Assembly: GCA_977017645.1 (NCBI GenBank)
Contig: OZ360232.1
Span: 81,096,001-81,160,000, forward strand
DNA: 64,000 bases
DNA from: Torpedo marmorata
Taxonomy: Eukaryota
Direction: 5' to 3'
A program made the position numbers and the translations under genes. Within the stretch, counting starts at the first letter, position 1. The number at the start of each line of letters is the position of its first letter. Positions 38,490 through 50,682 of the stretch are shown here, piece after piece. The notes beneath the pieces were generated by a model. It was not told where the DNA came from and did not search any database. It was given only the letters and a program-made list of their open reading frames with translations.

Positions 38490-38849
38490 GTAAAAAAGGG
38501 TTTAAGATTAGGAGTGGGAGATTTAGAAGGGATCGGTGAAAGATCTTTTCCACCAGAGGGTAGTTGCAGCTGGAATGCACTCTGGAAATGTGGTGAAGGT
38601 GGGTACTCTAAGCATTTAAGAAGCATCTAGACAGCCACTTTAATCGCCAAGGGAAAGTAGTCTGCAGTCCAATTGATGGATTAGTTATGTAGGTACTTGA
38701 TGGTCAGAGGACATGTTTCAGTCCTTTGACAATAGGTGGCCCTTTTAGATCTTGGACAACCCTTCAGTCTTATAAATTAATTAAAAACTAAGGAGCATCT
38801 TGCATCTGCTTCAAGATGGTATGCAAACCATGATTTTAACTCTATCTCA

Positions 38850-40140
38850 GTTCAAATGAATGTCCAACAAGGCTTTAACGCTCTTCTCCCATCTTCCTCA
38901 CTGCATTGCTGGACTTGACCTCCAACAGCATTCCTGGTAGATAGTCTCTTGAGATAGAGGGTGACCTGTTTCCACTCCAGTTCAGTACATTTTGAAGTGA
39001 TGTGCAAAAGCAATGTGGACTCCACTCTCGAATCCTTTTGAGGGGCAAGAGGACTGAATACTGGTGGGTGGATTGGTGCAGTATGCTCCTTGTATTCTTT
39101 CCGTTGTTTCCTCATGCTCCTGATTTCGGTACTGGATAATGAACACTGTTCACCGCATATTTCCTCCACACCAGAACCAAATTTAATTATTGAGCTGCAG
39201 TATGCAGGTGCTTGCAAATTTAGTTGTTCAGATGCCAAACTCCAAGTGATCATCAATAATTTGGGACTTGCACGCCTGCAGAACAAAGGTCCTCTCCTAA
39301 CCTGCCCTTGTTGCATAACCTCACACTGCAAATGAAGGACAATGACGAGGCCATGGAAAATGCAGACAGCATTCCGTAGTCTGATTACTACCTATCAATG
39401 AAAGCAGTCATTGATAATAATTCAAGATCGTTGTCAGTGCGCAAGAACAGCCTTGGCTATCGCAAAAATGAAAATTCCTGAAGTACGGCATAAAGCTTAT
39501 TGTCTGTAGGACATCAGTGATCCCTGATCACCTCTGCTTCTGAGATGTGGACAATCCAAGCAGACATCTTTTAGCACTGGATAGAGATCATCAACACAGC
39601 CTCTGCAAAATTCTCCAAATTCATTGACAGGATGAGTAAACTAATATCAGACCAATGTCCTCAGCCACATCGGCCCATTTACATTCCTATGCTTTCAATG
39701 GCAAACTACATAATTCTCATGCCAAATACAAAACTTCTGAAACTGGCATGAAATATTGAGCTCCATCATAGCAAGAGTTGGACAGAGGGGAAAAAAGCAT
39801 GTTTTCAAAACCTTGGAAAGTTTAACAACCACGCTGAGTTGCAAGAATCCTTGCCCAAAAACTGCTTGAAATGAAGAAGCAGCATCTGCGCTCCTAGTTC
39901 ACAGAAGCCCAGCAAAAAAGGTGGAAGTGGCATGCCATCTCTCAAACTACCCACCTGTCTGTCCCAACAACCATCTCTTGCCACAGCAACAGAGTCACAG
40001 TCCCTCATTAACCAAATCAAAATCCACAAAACTGGAATGGAAACAAGTCATCCTTGATCCCAAAGGGTTATGTACGATGACACCTATTATGCTGAACTTC
40101 ATTCACAACTGTTTCACGTCCTGTGTAACTAGCTTATTTA
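38850..40140 (+). mobile_element. Very old LINE remnant (RTE-like)
   Basis: Weak nucleotide resemblance to an RTE RT C-terminal region. No usable ORF. Confidence 0.35.
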
Positions 40141-41530
40141 GAACCCAACTCTGAATATACATGAGTATTCTTTATATGGTTCCCAGTGGATGCAGTTCAC
40201 AATGGGGATCTTTTGTGAATCATGTTTTCAATAGTTTGCCAAACTTTCTGTTGTGTTAAGGCTTTAGTTCATCATGTCACCCTCGGTGCATGTAAAATCA
40301 TCATTTCTAATAATCCCCAATGTGTTTCATGTGGAAGGGCCCATTATTTTCACAAGAAATTTTTGTTTTGCTGTGAATGTATTTCTCCTTGAAATAACTA
40401 TTTTCCCTCCCTTTAACTCCAACCAAACCTTTCTCATTAAACTGCTGTTTTTCGGTGTTGCTGGCTTAAAAGGCAAAAAATGTATATGTTCCTATACTGC
40501 TACCACAAGGAGGAGCACAAGAATAGTTGAGAAAGCTTGGACAAGATTGTCCTTTTTTTGGAGGAGTTGGCAAGAAACATTTTCTGTGCAGCACAGCTGT
40601 AAATTGGCAAGTATTCTATCACACATTTCTATTGAATGAACATAGTTGCTGCATAACACCAACTAACTTGGTGAATTTCTATTATAAAAATGGCACTTGT
40701 TTGGTTCTTGTGAAACATCTTGTACAGCATGATTTTACGTTTAATCAACTAATTTTTATTTTAAACATACACCTCAAAAGGCTACTTGCACAAAATTGAA
40801 TGTTACAGCACATTTTTAAGCATGCAATGAGCTTGACCAAATAAGTTGGATGGAAGAAATGTTCGTGATTTTTGCTGGGTTTATTATTTTAAATATTAAG
40901 CACTTATCTGATGATGATAATTTTTGAATTGCTACAGAATTTACCAGGTTAATTCCTGGAATAGCATGACATTGCCCTGTCAGGAGAATGGGGCAGTGCT
41001 CTCAAGCTTAAAAGAATGAGATGCAATTCTAATGAAATGTTTTTAAAAGAAAAAGCTTTACTGGTATAGATGCAGGGATGATGTTTCCCCAGCTGGAATG
41101 TTAGGAACTAAGCATCAACCACTCAGGATTTCTGTAGCCATAGAGTAGAATTGTTCGTTCACGATGGCTCTGTAGCTTCATTAGCTGAATATATTCAAGG
41201 CAAAGTTAATCAAAGGGTATGGGGTTAATGCATGAAAGTGGCAATGATGTAAAAAGATCAGCCTCAATCTTATTGAATACCCATGCAACCAATGGGATCT
41301 CTCGGTCTACTGTTGTTCTTGGTGACCTTTATCGAGATTCAGTTCCCAAATATTGTATTGCAGTTTTGATTATAGGTGGCGGATGACAAATTGAGACAAT
41401 ATTAGTAGAGAAAAGGATACATTGCCATTTAAAATTGTGGAGTTACTGTTTAAAATATGAATTCCCAGCACTTAATCTTATACGTGCTGTCACGTCCTGG
41501 TCCTTGCTCTGATTTGGAGTTATGGTTATA

Positions 41531-42395
41531 CAGTAGGATCCCCATTATCCGGCACCTGCGGAGATCGCAGATGTCGAATATGCAAATTTTCCGGTTGACT
41601 GAGACTCGCTCTTCCAATGCCTAACTAATACAGCTGCATTAAGAATACACCGTTTAAAAGACAAAAGACAGTGCAAAATGTAAAGTAATTTTTAAAAAAA
41701 ATCAGTATTGTAGTCTTTAATTATGTAAAGTTCACTTTAATCAAGTAACTCCCATAACTTACAAAATTTAAATTCGAACCCCAGTCGCTGGCGTTGTAAC
41801 AGTGTTACGCTATCTGCTAAGTTAACCGTGCCGTCGTCATTATTAACCCGCCTTCCCCCAAGTTTACAGATAAAGCCTTACTAATATACCAAATACTAAT
41901 AAAGATAGTCTCTTACTAGGGAGACACTTTGGGAGAGTTTCTGCAGCGGCGAGTGTCATTGGCTAGTTCTTCTTCCTGGGCGCTGCCATTTCATTCCAAC
42001 GCAACTTTATTGAAACTTTACCACCTTCCTGCTGCTGACAACCTGACTCGCCTCCATGCAAGTGTCCCGGTCAGACCCTTGGCGTACCTTCCTCGCGCTG
42101 ACAACCCGGCTCACCTTCACACAAGTGTCCCGGTCAGGCCCTCGGTGCACTTTCCTCACGCTGACAGCCTGACTCACCTCCACGCAAGTGGCGACATTGA
42201 AAAGAATGCACACGCATTGAGGGGCATTGCTAGTTCAGCGGGGCAAATCTGCACGTGTCCAACAAAGTCTCAGCGCTCCCCTGCGGGGTCCATCGGCCCA
42301 GTCTTATTTATTTGATATTTATTTATTTCCTCTATTCTTTTTGCCGGTTGTTTGAGTTTCCGGTTGATTGAATTCAGATAATGGGGATTTTGCTG
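41531..42395. mobile_element. Non-autonomous Tigger/pogo-like element
   Basis: TA|CAGTAGGATCCCCATTATCCGG ... CAGATAATGGGGATTTTGCTG|TA, with an internal 63-bp repeat at 42025-42190. Confidence 0.8.
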
Positions 42396-43612
42396 TAATG
42401 TTTTTATCAAAAAGCATAGTCCAATAATTACGTAAAGCTAGTGCTTTAATTTGTGTATTATAGCGACAAAATAATTAACATTTTTTTGGTTCAGTGTGTG
42501 GTTTTTGAAAAAAATTCATGATTTTGAACACGCCTTTTGCAGGAAAGTATAAAGCACACCCTTTTTGAACTGATTGGATTGTACTTCCAAACTTTTCTAA
42601 CATAAATCCATATGTGCCATTTCACCTAAATTTTGACATTTTTGCTGCTGTTGTGGTTTTAATTTTATTGTTTATGCTGATTAAACTGTCAGACAATTCT
42701 CAAAATACAAGTGACATTTTTAAAACAGCACTTCTTGAATGTGATGTTTTAAACTTTTTTGCATTTTCAGGTGACTTAGCATCAATGTAATGTCTTCAAG
42801 TGGTGTATTAACATTGGATAATTTGTGGTGCAATCTGTATTCTGTTTTACCCATACATTTGTTGCCTTTTAATGAATCTGGGGCTACTTTTCACTTTCCC
42901 TATATGGGAATGGGTTATATTGAAAATTGGGCAGATTTCTAAATGAGCTGCTGCTTTCCTCTGATAGATTAGCTCTTAAAGTAAATGCACAATTCAGCAG
43001 GCATAATGATTAATATATGTGTATCTAGTATGTGATATTAAGGTTTGTAGAAGAAAACATATTTTGCTGAATACATTTGTAAATGGTAACTGGAAAGTGT
43101 AAGGAAAGGGTGACTGACCTATGCTTAGAGCATCAAAACTGCATTGCATTAGAATGAGGTGACTTGGGCTTTTTCTAAATGACTGAATGCTTCGATTATC
43201 CAAAGGAATGCTCATTTGTTGACATTTGAATTATTACAAGGATGCAGGTGTGGACAATGAAGTTAAAGCTTTCCACTGAACTTTATATCTTTTGAAATGA
43301 AGACTATTTATAGTGTTTTAGGTTTTCACTAATTATAGAATCTGGATTTTGTGGACCATTATTGTAATGTTTAAAATGTCATGTCATTTTGAATATTTAT
43401 TCTTTACTAAAGGAGATGATGATATGAGTGGTTTATGAAACAAATTCTGGATTGTCTTAAATATTTTAGAACTGTAAAAATACTGATCTGTTACAGATTT
43501 TTTTTTAAAAAACATTTACAAGCATAAATTATTACTGTTTTATTACTAAGACAGATGCTTATTTATTGTACTGTTACGACATGTGCTGTATTAAACTTCA
43601 TTTTTATTTCAG

Positions 43613-43693
43613 GCTGGTCGAAAAGAAAGGGGTGATGCGCTCAATGCTGCGATTGACAAAATGACCAAAAAGACGAGGGATTTGCGCAGACAG
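43613..43693 (+). CDS. CTNNA1: Catenin alpha-1 exon (human exon 8 equivalent), AGRKERGDALNAAIDKMTKKTRDLRRQ
   Basis: ttcAG|GCT...CAG|gtac, 81 bp, translation matches alpha-E-catenin. Confidence 0.95.
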
Positions 43694-46600
43694 GTACAGT
43701 AAACTTGAGAAGTTGCAATTAAAAAGGACTTTCTCCACATTTAAATGGATGCATCATAGATTTTTATTAAAATTAAGTGCTTTTAAAAGTTAGTGCACAC
43801 AGTTTGAAATTCCTTTAAATGAATTTTCCATTTAAATCAGATTATTACTAAAATCTATTGTGAAATTTGTAAATATGCTTCATGCTTAAATCTCCATGGG
43901 GCCCCAATTTCTATCCCCTTTTTTTCTATTTGGGACCATTTTATTGTGTTTAAACCCAGGCAGCTCGTGATATTAGGCATCCTCACTATCTCATGCAAAT
44001 TGCGATCTTGTGACAGAATGATAATATACCAGAGCATTTTTTAAATCTGAGATAGCTCAGCTCATTTTTTGTGGATATAAAATAAAACTATTTGAAGATT
44101 TTTTCCTTAAGGTGTGTATCAAAAGTTGAAATTGTATTTAAAAAAGAGTAATGTTAAAGGCTTTAATGGTCTCGGTGTTTAAATGCAATTTTAAAAAGAA
44201 CTGTAATTTAGATAATCCAGCATTAAAAATGGTCAGGTTGGCTTTAATGTCGCGTCTGTTAGTTTTAACTTTTAAATTAAGGTCTCAAAGTAAATGTAAT
44301 TAAGTACGTACATCTTGCTTTTTTTGCCGTAATTTTTTCGAAGGCTGGAATATTGAACACTTGTCGCGTTTACAAAAATTAAGATTGTGTTTTTAAATTG
44401 GTTTTTTTCTCTCAAATAACAATGTCATTTATATAGTTTGTTTGCAGTTAAATTTTCTATTCTTAGGGTCTTTACTATATCTTCAACACAAAAGCTGTTC
44501 AAATCAAAAATTGAGTTTGCCTAAGTGTTGTCCTGTATCGAGATCCCTTTAACTTTTTTTATTACATAATGTTGAAGCATAACTAAATTATAGAACATGC
44601 TTTTATAACTTGGCAATTCAATTGTTTTGATTATTGAATTGAAAATTTGGCTCTGCTGTTTAATAAGTAGCATCAGAACCAAGGATAGTTCAATCAAAGA
44701 TTGAAAAAATGCAAAATGGCACAGATATCTGGATTGAAGAAACGGGACATCAGTCTGATTGTTACAAATGTCCGATGAGAAATATTTTCAACATGGTTTC
44801 CAATAAACATGGGAACAGTCTACAAAATTTTCTGGACACCATTTTCTCTAAACCAGCAATAATTTGGTAGCCTAATTGAATTTGTGCAAAATGGTGGCAA
44901 AACTCAATTTGCTGCTCTTCTAAAATTAAAGTCAAGGTTTACAAGCTAGGCTTTGGGACTTTTCTACATCCTGCCTGATTTAACTTTAAGCAGTGTCATT
45001 CAGAACATTCACATTTTGTGATAACTTTTCTCCTCATTCTCGGGTAGAATTACAACCCATCTTTATGTGGCTCACAATCTGAAAGGAAGCCATTTGGATT
45101 GGTATTGCAGAGGTTAAACTATTGCACTAAAATCTATAGATCCAGTTGTGAAATTCAAAAGATTTGGTTTGTTGTGTAATCTGAAATCTCACTATTCATA
45201 ACCGTAAAACTACTGCAATATCATTTTTAAAAATCTGCTTCTGTAATACCCTTCAGGGGAGTAAAATTGCCTTTATCCATTCTGGCCTCAACGCGAGTTC
45301 AGGATCGCAGCAATGTTGACTCTTAAGTCTTCTGCATTGACCCAGCAAATAATAAGCTGTACTTCAACCACTGTTAATGGAGTAAAAACAAAGCTAAAAT
45401 CTATCTCTTCAAGAAGTTGAATAGAACCAAGTTCCTCCTGGGCTAGTCAACTTTGAAAAGCCTTCTAAATACAATTCGCTAATAAGACTAGTGGAGCAAC
45501 AGAGTGATTATAATCGTACTCTCAAAATCCTGTCATGCAGTCAGACTTGCGCATTGCAATCCCTGGGTGCATTTTACCTCTTCCCCTTCACCCCCACCAC
45601 CAATCAGGATAGCTAATGTATCAGTGATGGTAATACTCCATTATACTAGTGGGAGAGAGTTGGCATGAAAGCCCTCGACATCAAATTCAGACTCCATGAA
45701 GTCTCATGGCATTGCATCAAACATCGACAAGGAAACCACATCCTGATTACTATCCAGCAGCAGCTTCCAACTGACAAATCAGTACTCCTTCATTTTGAAC
45801 AGCTTTTGCCAACCTCATCCCCTAGAGTAGAAAGATGAGGGAATTCAATGTTCATCATCACACACTGATCTGGCTCAGTTCTGAAGATAGGATCTGTGAT
45901 AAGTGGGGAGCAAATTAGCACAAGAAAAATGTTTCATTCTTGCCAATATAATTATTGCAGGTACATCAGTCTAAGAAAGCATTCGCAGGGGTAAAATTTC
46001 ATTATCATGTTGAGGATATGCTTCTTTCTGTGCGGCACTGCCATTGTGCTCAATTGGATAGAGTCAAAGCAAATCTGGCAGGTCAAACTGCATGCATGCA
46101 GGAAGTGCTGTGTCACCAGCTACAGAATTAAATTCCATCACAATTCGTGATCTCGTGGCCCAAAATGTACCTTATTCTAATCAAACCTGGGACCCAATCG
46201 TTGTTTAGTACAGAAGGGCAGGAGCATCATCTGACATATTTGAAATGAGATGCTGACCTGGCAGAACTGCAACACTTCTGTAACATGTATATGTTAAATA
46301 GCATGCAAGACCTTGAGTTAATCAATCCCATAACCAGCAAATAACCAAACTGGAAAAAGGAAAGGAAAGGAGACCAAGCAACATTCCAATTGCAGCACTG
46401 GATATTGCCATTTCAAAGCTGGCATATGACATTGTTTTCAGTTGCCCAGGTGGTTTCTGCCCATAAAATAGAGACAAACGCTATCAGCTCATTGTATTGA
46501 CCCAGTAAATGAACTGAAAAGAGAGGTCCATAAAGCTGGCATTTGACCAGGTGTGATATCAAGAAACCTTGAAGGAGAAAACATTCCACAGGTTGAAGTC

Positions 46601-47792
46601 TTGTCTTGCACAAGGAAAACTGATGTTAAAGGTATCCCAGCCTCAGCACATCACTACAAGAGTGTGTATCTGTCTCCCAGAGCCAACCATATTTGGTGCT
46701 GCTTCAATTACCACCTTTCCATTAAAAATCAGAATGGGTATGTTCACTGATGGGTCAGTTCCATTGGCAAGATCTCTCTAAATCCATTATACAGCAAGAC
46801 TTGGATGACATTTGAGCATTGGCTGATGAGTGGCTACCGTTCTCTTAATATTCCACTGTGACTCGCCTTGACTGCTCTGACAGGAACGACTCTTCCAGCT
46901 TGTATTATTTAATTTACCAGTTCCACTTTCTTAACAGATTCCAGCATTTTTGCAACAATTGTATTTGGCATCTTGTTCCTTGTTTTTTTCCCCTTCATTT
47001 CTTGAAGATTAAATGTTACTACAAAATTAATAGCTGATGAAGGATTAAGTCTGGAGCAGGTGCACAGAGGACATGAATATTATATCAAGATGAACCATTT
47101 GAAGTGTTTTCTGTAGTAAAATACCGGTAGTAATTTAGTCACTACAATAAAATTTATCTTTTGTGTTTCAATTATCCCAGTCATTAAGACCCAGCAATAA
47201 TTATCATCAGTAAGGAAGACCACAGCTCATTTATTATGTTGAGAATATTTAGCCCTAAGCAATAACATTTAGGTATTATTTTGTGCTTTTTTTCATTCAT
47301 TTACCAAATGCTGTGGGGAGCATTGAAATAATTACTGATTTGGCTTTGTTTATCAAGTGTTTATGAAATTACCTTTTTGAAAGATAGGAAAATCATGATG
47401 GTAAATGAGATTGCAGTTTCCTGCTAACAATAGATTGAAAGAACTTGCAATCATACAATACCCTTTGTCATCTAATCTTCAATGCTTCTAATGTGCATCT
47501 CCACATTCTCTTGGGGCGGGATCCTTGCTATTCCACTTCAGATACCAATTTAAACCTGGCAAAAATGCTTATTAGGCATGATTTGCCATTCCCTCATTCT
47601 TAAATCTTCCATTTCATGCTTTCATACCCTTGACTGTGCTTTGACTTTTCAAACGTTTATGAAAGATCATGAACTTTTGGATTGCCTGGTCAATTTGAGT
47701 TGCATCTCATTCAAATGTTAAACATTTTTCTAAATGTTCCCTTCATGTTTTTTTTATTTGTCCTTTGTCTTTTTTCTGTTCAAGGAATTGTA

Positions 47793-48311
47793 CAGTGGAA
47801 CCCCGTTATAACGTGATAGTTTGGGTCCAAAAAATCGCATCGTGAAAAAAGCAGGGTCGCACTAAATCGGGGTTTCAATAAATCGTTGTTACAGTTGAAA
47901 TTAAAACACAAATTAATTTTTAGTAAACCAGAAATGGTAATTTCGCTGGCAGGAAACAAATAAATTGTGCGACGACGCTGAACGCTCACAGCTTAACGCT
48001 GCTCAGCAGCATGTTTAAACGCGTTTAGAAGTAGTCATTGGACTCGGGCATCGGGCAGGAGCGGTGGCTCAATGCGGGATCAATGGCCGTCTTCGTTACC
48101 CATAATCCCCCACGCAGCTGGAACCGCTCTGCGAGTGCCAGCGCCAGGGAAACGCAGAGCGGTTCCAGCTGCATGGGGAATTATGGGTAACAAAGATGGC
48201 CATTGATCCCGCATTGAGCCGCCGCTCCTGCCCGACGCCTGAGTCCAATGACTCATCGTGTTATATCCGAATTCACGTTAAATCGGGGCGCGTAAAATCG
48301 GGGTTTCATTG
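47793..48311. mobile_element. Non-autonomous pogo/Tigger-like element, same family as 3307-3943
   Basis: TA|CAGTGGAACCCCGTTATAACG ... CGGGGTTTCATTG|TA, with an internal ~101-bp inverted repeat. Confidence 0.85.
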
Positions 48312-49297
48312 TAATTGAAAAAATTATCAACTGCTTTTTAGTGCTGATATTTGTTTGATCTACTTTAAATAGCTGTTGCACTTTTATTTTTTTACACTTT
48401 CAAATACATTCCAAAATCTTTCATACTGATCTATGATATCTTAATTTCCTATTGTTATTATTCCTTTCAGTTCTCTGACTATTTGTAATACTATATTTTC
48501 AATATTAAACTTCCATTTTAAATCGAGGTTACATTTAGCTCTAGCTAAATGTAACCTCTAGCTGCGTTTAGCTCCATATCAAGGACATTTGGCTTGCATT
48601 GAGGATAAATCACAGTGTATTGTGCTGATCTATGCAAAAAAAGAAGCAACCACTGTAAAGCAAAATAAAACTAATATTATAGTGAACATACATTTCATTG
48701 CGTTGCTTGGTCTTCCACATTGCTACAGTGATCATTTCTCTTATTGCTGATGTGCACTGCGGAAGGTCCACGCGTATAGTGAGTTTGCTTTTTGTTTTCT
48801 ATTGAATTGTGGCAGGAAGTCATTGAATTCTCACTCTCTTAGGGTACACAATAGATGCACTGTGGCAAGAATAAAGGCCAGCTTAACTTGATTAAATTTC
48901 TGGCCAAAACCGATGAGGAAATTTTCCTGGTCGTCTATGATCATAGAGAACATCTTTTTAAAACTGCTCAAAAAAAAAAAGCTTAAGCAATAAAATATTG
49001 GGAGCTGAGGAAGCTGAATCTGGAAAGCTATTCTGGCATGCAATGCATTTACTAATCAGATTTTGTAATTCTTTGGAAGAGAATGATGGAGTCAAACAAG
49101 TAACTCTTTATCGGCACTGTTTGGTCTTGAAGGTTTAAAAGTATAAATGCAATATTCAATCTGATTATAAATGGATATAGCTGCACAATTCTGACATGCC
49201 TAGTTAAAGTTCAATGTAATGCATGCTGACTGAAAGCTGTGTACTGCAGTATTTAAATTGTTCAGGCATAAACTTTGATTTTAATTATTTTTAACAG

Positions 49298-49450
49298 CTT
49301 AGGAAAGCTGTCATGGATCATGTATCAGACTCTTTCTTGGAGACCAATGTGCCTCTTCTAGTTTTGATTGAAGCAGCCAAGAATGGCAATGAAAAAGAAG
49401 TGAAAGAATACGCCCAAGTATTCCGTGACCATGCCAGCAAATTGGTTGAG
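49298..49450 (+). CDS. CTNNA1: Catenin alpha-1 exon 9, LRKAVMDHVSDSFLETNVPLLVLIEAAKNGNEKEVKEYAQVFRDHASKLVE
   Basis: aacAG|CTT...GAG|gtaagt, 153 bp. Confidence 0.96.
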
Positions 49451-50020
49451 GTAAGTACATGTTTCATTATTGCTAAATCAAACATCAATTTCTGTTTAAC
49501 AGCAATCTCATTTTCATTAAAACTCTGATTATTGGTGTATAGACCGGCTGGAAAAATAAGAAATTGAATGACTGTTTTAAAAAAAAAAAAAAAAAAAACT
49601 TTTTTTTTTTTTTTTTTTTTGCTGTTCTTTCATTCCATGTGAAAATGAATCCTGTCGCTCAGTCATTGAGGTGGGGTGAGGGAGGCAAGGAATGCAAAGC
49701 TGGTTGAACAAATTTGCAACGTTTTGAGTTTATCATCAGAACTGGCTCATCATTTCTGATAGAAGATCAGTAACCGAAGCAACTGTTTCCATTTCTGGAT
49801 GTTACAAGATCTGATAGAATTTTCAATATTTGCTGCTTTTATTTTAAATTTTTAGACACCACTTTTTCATTTTGCTGGGTCATATTCCTGATTCTGTTCA
49901 CCAATTCTTGGTATTTCACTCAGAATTCACCTTGTATTTGTACAGAATTGATCACTAAACTGGGACTTGTTGCTTGTCTGTAATGCCATGGAACATAGTT
50001 GTTAATTTTTTCGATTGTAG

Positions 50021-50113
50021 GTTGCCAACCTTGCATGCTCCATTTCCAACAATGAAGAAGGTGTGAAACTTGTTCGCATGGCAGCCACTCAGCTTGAAGG
50101 CCTTTGCCCACAG
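50021..50113 (+). CDS. CTNNA1: Catenin alpha-1 exon 10, VANLACSISNNEEGVKLVRMAATQLEGLCPQ
   Basis: gtAG|GTT...CAG|gttt, 93 bp. Confidence 0.95.
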
Positions 50114-50525
50114 GTTTGGCAAGATACTTTGTTCATTCTAAAATTTAATCAGAATTGTTTTTTGTTTATAAAGTGTTTTCTATGAAATAAAAATGATAAA
50201 AGGGACTTTTTTTTAAAAAAAGTAGAATTTATAAGAAGTATTTAAATAAGTTTGCATCGCAGTGTCATCTTTTATAATTTTTCAATTTTCAATCATGGTT
50301 AATGTTGGCCTATAGCAATTTTCAACAACTGGAACGTAACACTTGCAGAAGATTAAATACCAGTAGCTTTGTTAACCAGTCACTGCTAAATCACTAATGT
50401 TAGTCTTATCATTTAAGTGCCAATTTTATTATTTTCTCAAGATGTATGAACTAGTAAATAAACTACCTTTATGCACACATGATTATCTTAAAAATAATGC
50501 AAATTTATTTGCATTGCCTTTCTAG

Positions 50526-50682
50526 GTCATAAATGCTGCCCTGGCACTAGCAGCTAAACCTCAGAGTAAGGTAGCTCAGGACAATATGGATCTCTTCAAA
50601 GAATTATGGGAGAAACAAGTGCGTGTGCTGACGGATGCTGTGGATGACATTACTTCCATTGATGACTTCTTGTGTATTTCAG
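50526..50682 (+). CDS. CTNNA1: Catenin alpha-1 exon 11, VINAALALAAKPQSKVAQDNMDLFKELWEKQVRVLTDAVDDITSIDDFLCIS
   Basis: ctAG|GTC...TCAG|gtat, 157 bp. Confidence 0.95.
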
